Of a DNA stretch of 64,000 nucleotides, positions 9,599 through 18,222 are shown piece by piece. The stretch lies in NCBI GenBank assembly GCA_965214705.1, contig OZ243972.1:2592001-2656000 (forward strand). The letters are read 5' to 3'. Position 1 is the first letter of the stretch, and the number at the start of each line of letters is the position of its first letter. The translations under genes were made by a program, and so were the position numbers. The DNA is from Alphaproteobacteria bacterium. GTDB taxonomy: Bacteria > Pseudomonadota > Alphaproteobacteria > UBA828. The notes below the pieces were generated by a model that worked only from the letters and a program-made list of their open reading frames with translations, did no database searches and was not told the origin of the DNA.

Positions 9599-10678
9599 TC
9601 AGGCGCGCAGCCTGTCGCCGCTCGCACTGTCGAAGGCCAGGACGTACGCCGGATCGGCGCCGATTCTGATCGTCGTTCCGTGACGAAGCGCATCGTTGCG
9701 CTTGATCCTCGCGGTGACCTCGGGCCCCGACGTGGACAGGCCTACGATGGTCTCGGCACCCAGATGCTCGACCACTTCGAGGCGGCCGTCGATGGTGGCC
9801 CAGCCTTCGGGCGGATCGAGCTCGAGAAACTCGGGCCGGATGCCCAGCTGGACCGAGCCGGCCCGGCCCGCGGGATGGCTCGCCGGCAGCGATATCGCCA
9901 GGCCGTCCACGGCGACGGACAACGCACCGTTGCCGGACGTCACACGGCCATCGAAAAGGTTCATCGCGGGGCTACCGATGAAGCCGGCGACGAAGGCGTT
10001 GTCGGGATCGTCATAGACCTCGAGCGGGGTCCCCGACTGCTGTATCTCGCCCTCGTTCATCACCACGATGCGGTCGCCCATGGTCATCGCCTCGACCTGA
10101 TCGTGCGTGACGTAGATCATGGTCGCCTCGAGCCTATGGTGAAGCCTGATCAGCTCGGCCCGCATCGCGGTGCGCAGTTTGGCATCGAGGTTGGAGAGCG
10201 GCTCGTCGAACAGAAACACCGCAGGATCGCGCATGATGGCACGGCCCAAGGCGACGCGCTGCTGCTGTCCGCCGGAGAGCGTCTTGGGCTTGCGCGGCAG
10301 CACCTCGGCAATGCCAAGGGTTGTCGCCACCTCATGAACGCGGCGATCGATCTCGTCCCTCGGCATCTTGCGTAGCTTGAGCGCGAAGCCAAGATTCTGT
10401 GCAACGGACATATGGGGATAGAGCGCGTAGGACTGGAAGACCATGGCGACGTTTCGGTCCTTCGCATGAACCCGTGCGACGTCGCGCTCACCGATGAGAA
10501 TCTGACCCGACGTGACTTCCTCCAGGCCGGCGATCATGCGAAGCGAAGTGGTCTTGCCGCAGCCGGACGGCCCGACCAGCACAACCAATTCTCCGCTGTT
10601 GATGGTGAGGTCGATTGCGTCGACCGCGATGACCTCGCCAAATTTCTTGGTCAAATTTTGGAGCCTGACATCGGTCAT
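9599..10678 (-). CDS. MalK/UgpC-type ABC ATP-binding protein
   Basis: GPSGCGKT, LSGGQQQR, FLFDEPLSNLDAKLR, TOBE-like C-terminus. Confidence 0.93.
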   Translation of the reverse strand: MTDVRLQNLTKKFGEVIAVDAIDLTINSGELVVLVGPSGCGKTTSLRMIAGLEEVTSGQILIGERDVARVHAKDRNVAMVFQSYALYPHMSVAQNLGFALKLRKMPRDEIDRRVHEVATTLGIAEVLPRKPKTLSGGQQQRVALGRAIMRDPAVFLFDEPLSNLDAKLRTAMRAELIRLHHRLEATMIYVTHDQVEAMTMGDRIVVMNEGEIQQSGTPLEVYDDPDNAFVAGFIGSPAMNLFDGRVTSGNGALSVAVDGLAISLPASHPAGRAGSVQLGIRPEFLELDPPEGWATIDGRLEVVEHLGAETIVGLSTSGPEVTARIKRNDALRHGTTIRIGADPAYVLAFDSASGDRLRA

Positions 10679-10836
10679 GCAAAAACACCGAAGTAGATAA
10701 ATTCCATCGTGACAAAGATGCAGATTCCCCAGAAGCGGAGTGCCCCGGGCGTAAAGAGATTCTTGCGCGAATTCCAAAGTCCCAGACCGACAATGAACGG
10801 GACGGAAACGCCGAAGACCGCCAGATGGGGAAGCAT
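10675..10836 (-). CDS. 53-aa two-helix membrane protein (not in the ORF track)
   Basis: MLPHLAVFGVSVPFIVGLGLWNSRKNLFTPGALRFWGICIFVTMEFIYFGVFA; stop overlaps the ATPase start (ATGA). Confidence 0.6.
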   Translation of the reverse strand: MLPHLAVFGVSVPFIVGLGLWNSRKNLFTPGALRFWGICIFVTMEFIYFGVFA

Positions 10837-10841
10837 TGGGC

Positions 10842-11027
10842 CTATTCCCTCGGCGCCTTGAGCAGGAAGAGGAACGGTGCGGCCGCGATCAGAGGTAGAG
10901 CGAATAGGCCGACCGGAACAACCGCGACATGCGATACGCCGGCTTCAATCAGCCCACCGCACACCACGACAACCAAGAAACAATAAAGAAGCGTATAGAG
11001 AGTCGCCCGCAGGTCTCCCCGCTTCAT
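10842..11027 (-). CDS. 61-aa two-helix membrane protein
   Basis: MKRGDLRATLYTLLYCFLVVVVCGG...; GAGGAAGG RBS; ends 5 bp before the next small ORF. Confidence 0.6.
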   Translation of the reverse strand: MKRGDLRATLYTLLYCFLVVVVCGGLIEAGVSHVAVVPVGLFALPLIAAAPFLFLLKAPRE

Positions 11028-11281
11028 GGAAGTCGCCTTCCTCTCCCATTCCGCCGTTCGACGGCGGGGCCATGCATGGTAGGCCATCGGGACGAGACCG
11101 CTCAAGCGCCGAGTCCGGAACGTGTGGGCGGTTGGGGTCGGGAATTCCTGGATGAACGCGATTGATCGTTCGGCTATGCTCTCCAGGTCGGCTCAACCAG
11201 CACCGAAGAATGGCACGCCGGCAACGGAGGTGGAGGAGCCCGGCTAAGGGCACCCGCCCAACAAGACATGGGAGGCACTCG

Positions 11282-12673
11282 ATGAAAGCGTTCGTACGCC
11301 GGGGCGCCGTTGGCCTGTGTGCCGCTGCGGCCCTGGGACTCGGCCTTTCGAACTCGGAGGCGCAGGCCTGGTCCCTCGAAGAAGCAGCCGCACCTTACAA
11401 GGGAAGCGAGATCAATATCATTTGCGAGGGTTATCCGCCCTGTTACGCGCTGCAGGAAGTTTCGGCGGAGTTCAGTGAGATTACCGGTATCACGGTCAAC
11501 TTCGAATTCGGCGATCTTCTCGCCATCGCGCAACGAATGGTTGCCGAGCAACTGACCGAATCCGAACACTTCGACGGGATGCAGGTCCTCTCCTATCACT
11601 TGGCTCTATTCGGAGAACAGAATTTCGCGACACCGATGTCCAAGTTTCTGGACGATCCAGCCCTCAGGGATCCTAACTTCGATTGGGAAAACTTCGTGCC
11701 CGAACTGATCGCCCAAAGCTCCATGTACAAGGGCGAGGCCATCGCGCTGCCGTTCCAGTTTCTCGCCACCTTCGGCGTGATCCGCAAGGACATCGTCGCG
11801 GATCCCGGCGAGCGCGCCGCGTTCAAGGAAAAGTACGGCTACGACCTGCCCGAGCCCGGACTGATCATGGAGATGCCGAGCTACGAGAAGTGGCGCGACA
11901 TCGCCGCGTTCTTCCGCCGTGACGCGGGCGAGACGTTGGCCGGGCAGACCCTGGAACAGGATTTCTATGGCATAAGCTCGCCGTTCAAACGGCATCTCAC
12001 CGTGTTCTGGTTCACTTGGGCAAACCTGGTGGCGCACGGCGGTGAGATCTTCGATGCAGAGGGCAACGTGGCGCTGGGCAAGAACTCGGCGGCGGTCGAT
12101 ACGGTCCAGTTCCTGCTCGACATGCGCGAGTACGCGCCGCCTAGCTATCGCGAATACACTTGGGACGAGCAGTATCGCGATTTCTGCGCGGGCCTCATCT
12201 TCAGCACCACCTTCTGGCCCGATGCGGTCTACTACCTCGAAGATGCAAACGAGTGCGTCTCGGCGGGCAACATCGGCTACTTCGCTCTGCCCGCGACTCA
12301 CGCGACGCTGCCGTTTGTCTACTCCTACGTCGTGCCGCCCACTTCTACGAATGCTGAGGCATCCTTCCTTCTCATGCAGTGGGCGCTCTCGCAGGATGTC
12401 CAGACCCGGGCGACGCCGCTCGGCTGGATTTCGAGCGTGCGCAAGGATGTCATCGCCCTGGATTGGTCGCATGAGAAGCAGATCGAAGGCGACATGGCGA
12501 TCCAGAACGTCATCGGTGAGAACGGCTGGTTCTACGCCTTGCCTCACCACCCGGCGCTGATCGCGGCGCAGGACATCATGATGGATGAGTTGAGCGCGGC
12601 GGGTGCTGACGAGATCGACGCCCAGACGGCCGTCGACAACATCATCGAACGTCTTGAAAAGGTCATCAACTAG
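11282..12673 (+). CDS. carbohydrate-type (CUT1) ABC substrate-binding protein
   Basis: GGAGG RBS, signal peptide ending AQA, WSLEEAAAPYKG, FKEKYGYDL; followed by two permeases. Confidence 0.88.
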   Translation: MKAFVRRGAVGLCAAAALGLGLSNSEAQAWSLEEAAAPYKGSEINIICEGYPPCYALQEVSAEFSEITGITVNFEFGDLLAIAQRMVAEQLTESEHFDGMQVLSYHLALFGEQNFATPMSKFLDDPALRDPNFDWENFVPELIAQSSMYKGEAIALPFQFLATFGVIRKDIVADPGERAAFKEKYGYDLPEPGLIMEMPSYEKWRDIAAFFRRDAGETLAGQTLEQDFYGISSPFKRHLTVFWFTWANLVAHGGEIFDAEGNVALGKNSAAVDTVQFLLDMREYAPPSYREYTWDEQYRDFCAGLIFSTTFWPDAVYYLEDANECVSAGNIGYFALPATHATLPFVYSYVVPPTSTNAEASFLLMQWALSQDVQTRATPLGWISSVRKDVIALDWSHEKQIEGDMAIQNVIGENGWFYALPHHPALIAAQDIMMDELSAAGADEIDAQTAVDNIIERLEKVIN

Positions 12674-12695
12674 GCGGCGATCGTCGCTTTGAGTT

Positions 12696-12730
12696 GCCCG
12701 GCCCGATGATTTCGGGCTGGGCTTCTTTTT
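12696..12730 (+). terminator. intercistronic hairpin with U-tract after the binding-protein gene
   Basis: GCCCGGCCCGA...TCGGGCTGGGC followed by TTCTTTTT. Confidence 0.6.
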
Positions 12731-12773
12731 CCATGTCTGTCGGCAGCCGTCCTCGGCTCGATCAGGTAAGTTG

Positions 12774-13691
12774 ATGCAGGATCGCGGCGACACAGCGAAG
12801 GTGCGCTTAGGCAAGTTCGATCTGAATTCCGAACGGGCGTTTCTTTGGGTCTGCCTCGTCCCTGTGCTCGTTTTTTTGGCTATTGTCGCGGTTGCGCCGA
12901 CCACGGCAGCGATTATCGACAGCTTCCGCGAGCTTTCCCTTGTCTCGTTCGGTGCACGCGGCGATTTCATCGGCTTCGAGAACTACGGGGAACTTCTCAG
13001 CAGCGACCAAAAATTCTACACGGCGGTCTGGCACACGTGCCTGTTCGTAATCGTCGTCGTTCCCATCGAATTCTGTGGCGGTCTCGCCATCGCGCTGTGG
13101 ATCAACCGCGAGTTCCGTGGACGGCGCGTGATCCTCACGTTGATCATGATTCCGACGGTCATCGCGCCGATCGTGGTCGGTTTGATCTGGTATCTCTTCT
13201 TCTTGCCGACGTTCGGTCTGTTCACCCAGGGCCTGAACGATCTGGGATTGTTCCGGGATACCGGGGTGTTTTCCACGCCGGAATCCGCGCTCGCCGTTCT
13301 CATGCTGATCGACATCTGGGAATGGACGCCGTTCGTCATGCTGATCCTGTTGGCGGGGCTGACGGCGATGCCGAAGGCGCCGATCGAGGCAGCGACGCTG
13401 GACGGCGCGTCGCGGCGGCAGATCCTCTGGTACGTGCAGATACCGTTGCTCCGCCCGCTCATCGTCATCGCCCTGCTGCTGCGCTCCATCGACGCCAGCA
13501 AGATCTTCGATACCGTCTACGTGCTGACCGGCGGAGGGCCCGGCGACTCGACCGAGATGGTGACGACATTCGCCCACCGAACGAGCTTCATGACCTGGAA
13601 CCTGGGCTACGGCGCGGCGATCTGCCTGGTTCTGGCCTTCGCATCCCTGGTCATGGCGGCGATCTTCTACAGGGTCGTGGCGAGGCCCTAG
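12774..13691 (+). CDS. ABC permease (MalF-type)
   Basis: DIWEWTPF, EAATLDGA (EAA loop), LTGGGPG. Confidence 0.92.
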   Translation: MQDRGDTAKVRLGKFDLNSERAFLWVCLVPVLVFLAIVAVAPTTAAIIDSFRELSLVSFGARGDFIGFENYGELLSSDQKFYTAVWHTCLFVIVVVPIEFCGGLAIALWINREFRGRRVILTLIMIPTVIAPIVVGLIWYLFFLPTFGLFTQGLNDLGLFRDTGVFSTPESALAVLMLIDIWEWTPFVMLILLAGLTAMPKAPIEAATLDGASRRQILWYVQIPLLRPLIVIALLLRSIDASKIFDTVYVLTGGGPGDSTEMVTTFAHRTSFMTWNLGYGAAICLVLAFASLVMAAIFYRVVARP

Positions 13692-13701
13692 GAATCGCAT
13701 A

Positions 13702-14517
13702 ATGCGCCGCCTGCGACAGATACTCTACTCCGTGCCGATAGGTATTCTGCTGATTACCACCGTGTTCCCGTATGCCTGGGTTCTCATGGCGAGCTTCAAG
13801 GTTCATCAGGACCTTTTCTCCAGACCGATCAGGTGGCTGTTCAGCCCCACAGTCGAAAACTACGTGGAAATATTGGACAAGGGATTCGGCGGTTACTTCC
13901 TTAATTCGGTGATCGTCGGCTTCTGCAGCACTGCATTGTGCCTCTCCATCGGCACCCTCACGGCCTATGCGCTTTCACGCTATCGGGTGCCGGCCGGCCA
14001 GCATCTCTTCTTCTACATCCTGGCGACTCGCTTGGGTCCGCCGATCGCCTACGCGCTCCCGATGTATCTGATCTTCGACCGTATCGGCATCGCCAACTCT
14101 CTAATCGGCGTCATTCTGGCCCATGCGACCTTCAATCTCGTGCTCGTGGTCTGGATGATGAAGTCGTTCTTCGACGACGTTCCGCGCGAGGTGGAGGAGG
14201 CGGCCTTTCTCGACGGCGCCGGCCCGTTCCGCGTGTTCTTTCAGATCGCCCTGCCGATGACGTATACAGGCCTGGTGGCAGTCATCATCTTCGTCCTGAT
14301 TTTCTCCTGGAACGAACTTCTGTTCGCCTTAGTGCTTACCGGCGGCGAGGACCGCACGTTCACAGCAATGATCCCGTCGCTGGTGGGACATCCCAAAGGA
14401 CTTTGGCCGCAGGTCGCAGCCGCCTGTATCTTCCAGAGCGTGCCGGTTCTGGTCCTGATTTTCTTCGTGCAACGCTACTTGGTGCGCGGCCTCACCTTCG
14501 GCGCGGTGAAGGGCTAA
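13702..14517 (+). CDS. ABC permease (MalG-type)
   Basis: EEAAFLDGA, FSWNELLFAL, RGLTFGAVKG. Confidence 0.92.
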   Translation: MRRLRQILYSVPIGILLITTVFPYAWVLMASFKVHQDLFSRPIRWLFSPTVENYVEILDKGFGGYFLNSVIVGFCSTALCLSIGTLTAYALSRYRVPAGQHLFFYILATRLGPPIAYALPMYLIFDRIGIANSLIGVILAHATFNLVLVVWMMKSFFDDVPREVEEAAFLDGAGPFRVFFQIALPMTYTGLVAVIIFVLIFSWNELLFALVLTGGEDRTFTAMIPSLVGHPKGLWPQVAAACIFQSVPVLVLIFFVQRYLVRGLTFGAVKG

Positions 14518-14626
14518 ACCGCAATTCTCGCCAGGCGCAGCGCGAACGTCAGGGATAGCCGCCGCCGGTCGCGTCGTTTCCGCCGTCGACGGAGAAATTC
14601 GTTCCGGTGACATAGCTGGAGAGATC

Positions 14627-16292
14627 GTAACTGCCCAGGTCGCTTACTGAGGTGATTCCGGTGTTGGGGAGTTCTTGCCCGGTAGGCTCACGCGCACTTG
14701 ACGGTGGCGATGAGTTGGTCCGATGGGCTGATCAGGGCTTCGATGATGTTCCAGCCCTGCTTTCTGGCGGTGGTGATCACGCTGCGCAGGATGGCGAAGT
14801 TCTCGGCCCCCTTTGCGGATCGGAAGCCGCCGGAGATCTTCTGGCGCAGCTTCATCATCCGCAGGTCGCGCTCGGCCTCGTTGTTGGTAAACGCCACTTC
14901 GGGGTCGGTCAGGAAGCGGAGAACCGCGCATTTTCGATCGCGCAGGCGCAGGGCGAGGTTGTGGCCGATCCGCCGCTTCTTGCGTCCCCGCTTTCCGGGC
15001 TTGGGAGGCGAGAGCGGCGGCTGGCTCTCGTGGAAGGCCAGCGCCTCGGCAATGATCTCGTCGTATCGGCGCTCGATCAGCGCCACAAGCGTCGCCGGAA
15101 CGGCGATATCCTTGTCCTGCGCGATCCGGGCGGCGCGATTGGCCCGGCGCAGGAGCTGCTGCATGCGTCCGGCCCAGCCTTCCCCTTCGATGTCCACCAG
15201 CGCCTGCAACTCCCGCAGGTGGTGGGCGTTGCACAAGCCGTGCTCCACCCCCTCCAACGTGAAGTACGGCTTCCAGTGATCGTGAACGACGATACCGGAA
15301 ACACCCAAGAGCAGGTCGCCGCGCTTGGCGCTGACCCGGAATGCCGCCAGATGCGGCGTGCAGATCACATGGAGCCACTGCGTTTGCCCGCCAATCCGGA
15401 ACCCGGTCTCGTCGAGGTGCTTCACCCGCGCCGTGCCCGCCGCAAGCTCCTGTATGTGGGTGGCAACTCCCCGCAGCCGATCGGCCGCCCTCTCGCTCAT
15501 CGCCGCCAGTGTCGCAGCCGTCACCGGCGCGCCGAACAGCTCCGCCATCACCTGCGACAGCCGGTCCTCCGGCAGGAAGTGGGCGTGCTGAAGGTAGACC
15601 GCCACGCCTGCAATGCGCGACCCGTACTGCACCGGTGCCGACACCCCCTCGGGGAACGCTGCACGGGTCAGCGTGCCGCAATGCCCGCAGCACTTGGCAT
15701 GCGCCCGGTGCTCGGTCACCTCCAGCGCACGCGCCTCGGGCAGGTCGAAGACCTGGCGGGCGTGCGACACCCCTGCCGTGGCCGCCGCCGACAGGGACGA
15801 ACCGCATCCCTCGCAGGCAGCCGGAACGTGGTTCTCCACCCGGTCCGGGTGATCCGTGCGGCGCAACGTCTCGCCCTTGTGGCCGGGCTGACCGCCCGGC
15901 TTGCGCCCCGATTTGCCCCGCTGGCTTTGGGTCCGCCGCTTGGCCCTCGGCTTCTTCAACCCATCGCTCGACGGCGGCTTGGCGCTGTTGCGACTGCTCA
16001 GTCCGAGACGGCGTTCCAACTCCTCGATACGCTCGACAAGACGCGTGTTTTGTTCCTCCAGCCGCGCATTCTGCTGCCGAAGCCAGGCGTTCTCCTCCTC
16101 CAGGCGAGCGATCTTCTGCTCGGAACTTTCGGGCCGTGCCCCCGTTGAAGGGCCGCGCGGCGACTCGGGATTGCTCATGTCGTTGTTGAGTCATTTTCCG
16201 AAACTTCCGTCAACCCCCTCGTGTCAACTCCAAACTGGCCGTGCCTCAACCCCAAGGTTCAAAATGACAAATCAGACAACCTGGGCAGTTAC
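14627..16292 (-). mobile_element. IS66-family (single-ORF, ISBst12-type) insertion sequence
   Basis: TIRs GTAACTGCCCAGGT/ACCTGGGCAGTTAC; 8-bp TSD GAGAGATC at 14619-14626 and 16293-16300. Confidence 0.95.
14688..16178 (-). CDS. IS66 transposase
   Basis: Coiled coil, SSRNSAKPPSSD, GGQPGHKG, Zn finger, HLDETG, LCNAHHLREL, FTNNEAERDLR. Confidence 0.95.
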   Translation of the reverse strand: MSNPESPRGPSTGARPESSEQKIARLEEENAWLRQQNARLEEQNTRLVERIEELERRLGLSSRNSAKPPSSDGLKKPRAKRRTQSQRGKSGRKPGGQPGHKGETLRRTDHPDRVENHVPAACEGCGSSLSAAATAGVSHARQVFDLPEARALEVTEHRAHAKCCGHCGTLTRAAFPEGVSAPVQYGSRIAGVAVYLQHAHFLPEDRLSQVMAELFGAPVTAATLAAMSERAADRLRGVATHIQELAAGTARVKHLDETGFRIGGQTQWLHVICTPHLAAFRVSAKRGDLLLGVSGIVVHDHWKPYFTLEGVEHGLCNAHHLRELQALVDIEGEGWAGRMQQLLRRANRAARIAQDKDIAVPATLVALIERRYDEIIAEALAFHESQPPLSPPKPGKRGRKKRRIGHNLALRLRDRKCAVLRFLTDPEVAFTNNEAERDLRMMKLRQKISGGFRSAKGAENFAILRSVITTARKQGWNIIEALISPSDQLIATVKCA

Positions 16293-17350
16293 GAGAGATC
16301 GCTGGCCAGAAACAGCACGCAATTCGCAACTTCGCCGGGCTTGGCCAGACGACGCATGGGCACGCCCGATGCGAGCTCCTCCGGCGTACTGCCGGCCTCC
16401 TTCAGCATCTCGTCGACCATCTGGGTATGCACCTCGCCAGGGCAGACAGAGTTGACCCGGATGTTTTCCTGCGCGTGGTCGAGGCTCATGCAGCGGGTCA
16501 TCTGCACCACGGCACCCTTGCTCGTACAATAGGCGAGGTAGCCGGGCTCACCGTTGAGACCCCATTCAGAGGCAAGATTGATAATGCAGCCACCTCCCTG
16601 CTTTCGCATCTGAACAACCGCCGATTTGCTGATCACAAAGAGCGAGGTAATGTTGACGTCGACAATCTCGCGCCATTGCTCCTCGGTGGTTTCCACGACG
16701 TCGCCGGCGCTGAGAACGCCCGCATTGTTCACCAGCACGTCGAGAGAATCGAAGCGCTCGACGGTCGCCGAGACGAGCCTGTCCCCGACCCCGTCGTCGC
16801 GAACATCGCACGCCAGGAAATCCGCATCGGCGCCCCGGTCTTTCAGCGCCGAGACGACGGAAGCGCCGCGCGCTTCGTCGCGCCCGGTGACCATCACCGC
16901 CGCCCCGGCCTCTGCGAAAACATGGGCACAGGCTTCCCCGATACCGGTGGTCGATCCGGTGATCAACGCGACTTTTCCACTGAGGTTTATCATCGCGATA
17001 CGCGCCTCTACGGTCGAATATTGGTTTTTCCAAGGGAAAACCGTGTAACGAGACGATCAAGATAGAATTTTGCCGATAGCGGTACAAGCGCACGGTCGAA
17101 TACAGGTGGTCAGATCGCGAGAGGCTAGCCCGCCCTGGAGCCGTCGCACGGCGCTCGCCGAGCCACCGGGCTTTAAGACTCCGCTTGCTGCGTGCCGCGA
17201 CCCGTTGCGTGCCGCCCGATAGCGACGGAGATGTGATAAGGTCGAAGGATGACTTTCTCGTTGGCCTGGCCCGGCGCTATTGCCGGGACCGGCATCCGGT
17301 TCAAACGACTTATCGCAACTAGTTGACCGTTCGTTTTTCGGGGACTTGTC

Positions 17351-18208
17351 ATGAAGGAACTCAAAATCCGGCCCGAAGACATCGAGCAATTCGATCGGGA
17401 CGGTTTCATCGTTTTCGAGGAATTCTTGGACCCGGATGAGGTCGATTGCCTCAAGTCACGCTTCGAGCTGTTGTTCCACGGTCACTGGGAAACAGGACTG
17501 GCTCCAGACGAAGTCAATTGGCAGTACGGGCGCGACAGGAATGACAGGACGCGCCAGCTCTGCAACACCTGGAAGGCGGATTACGCCGTGGCGGACGTCG
17601 TGCTCCGGCCCGCGGTTGGACGCATTGCCGCAGAGCTCTCCCGCTGGGACGGAACGCGGCTTCACCTCGACAACGTCATCTGGAAACCACCCGGCGCCTC
17701 GGGGCTTGCGATGCACCAGGACGGCAGCTACGGGCATTACATGGTGCCGAATGCGATGACCTCGCTGTGGATGGCTCTCACGGACACCTCGGCCGAGACC
17801 GGCACCGTGCTCTACGTGCGCGGCTCCCACAGGTGGGGAGAAACGCCCAAGCCGGACACCTTCATCGTCGACGATCATCTGGCGCCCATGCACCAGGCCG
17901 CTCGGCAGGCTGGCGTCGACGATCCCGACGTCGTCGCTGTGGAGGTTCCGGCAGGCGGCCTTGCCGTGCACTCGACATGGATATGGCACGGCTCCGGCCA
18001 CAACACTGCCGAGACGCCACGCCAGGCGGTCGTCGCGCACTGCACGCCATCGACCGCCCGCTTCCACCCCACGAACACGACGCACGTCTATGCCCGCTAC
18101 CGGCGCCATGCGGACACGTCGATGGACGAGAGCTTCTTTCCCATCCTCTGGACCCGCGACGGCTACCGTACGCCGTGGCTGAACGACTACGTCGCGAGGA
18201 GAGGCTGA
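17351..18208 (+). CDS. phytanoyl-CoA dioxygenase family Fe(II)/2OG dioxygenase
   Basis: KPPG...MHQD (HxD), W-x-AL-x-D, GSHRW, WHGSG-x-N...R. Confidence 0.88.
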   Translation: MKELKIRPEDIEQFDRDGFIVFEEFLDPDEVDCLKSRFELLFHGHWETGLAPDEVNWQYGRDRNDRTRQLCNTWKADYAVADVVLRPAVGRIAAELSRWDGTRLHLDNVIWKPPGASGLAMHQDGSYGHYMVPNAMTSLWMALTDTSAETGTVLYVRGSHRWGETPKPDTFIVDDHLAPMHQAARQAGVDDPDVVAVEVPAGGLAVHSTWIWHGSGHNTAETPRQAVVAHCTPSTARFHPTNTTHVYARYRRHADTSMDESFFPILWTRDGYRTPWLNDYVARRG

Positions 18209-18222
18209 GAGAAAGCCTCCTA

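Larger units (their letters stand above)
14549..16993 (-). pseudogene. SDR-family oxidoreductase interrupted by IS66
   Basis: TGSTTGIG, NNAG, YCTSK. The frame reads ..LFLASDLS at 16293 and resumes as SYVTGTNFSVDGG..YP-stop at 14618-14549. Confidence 0.9.
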
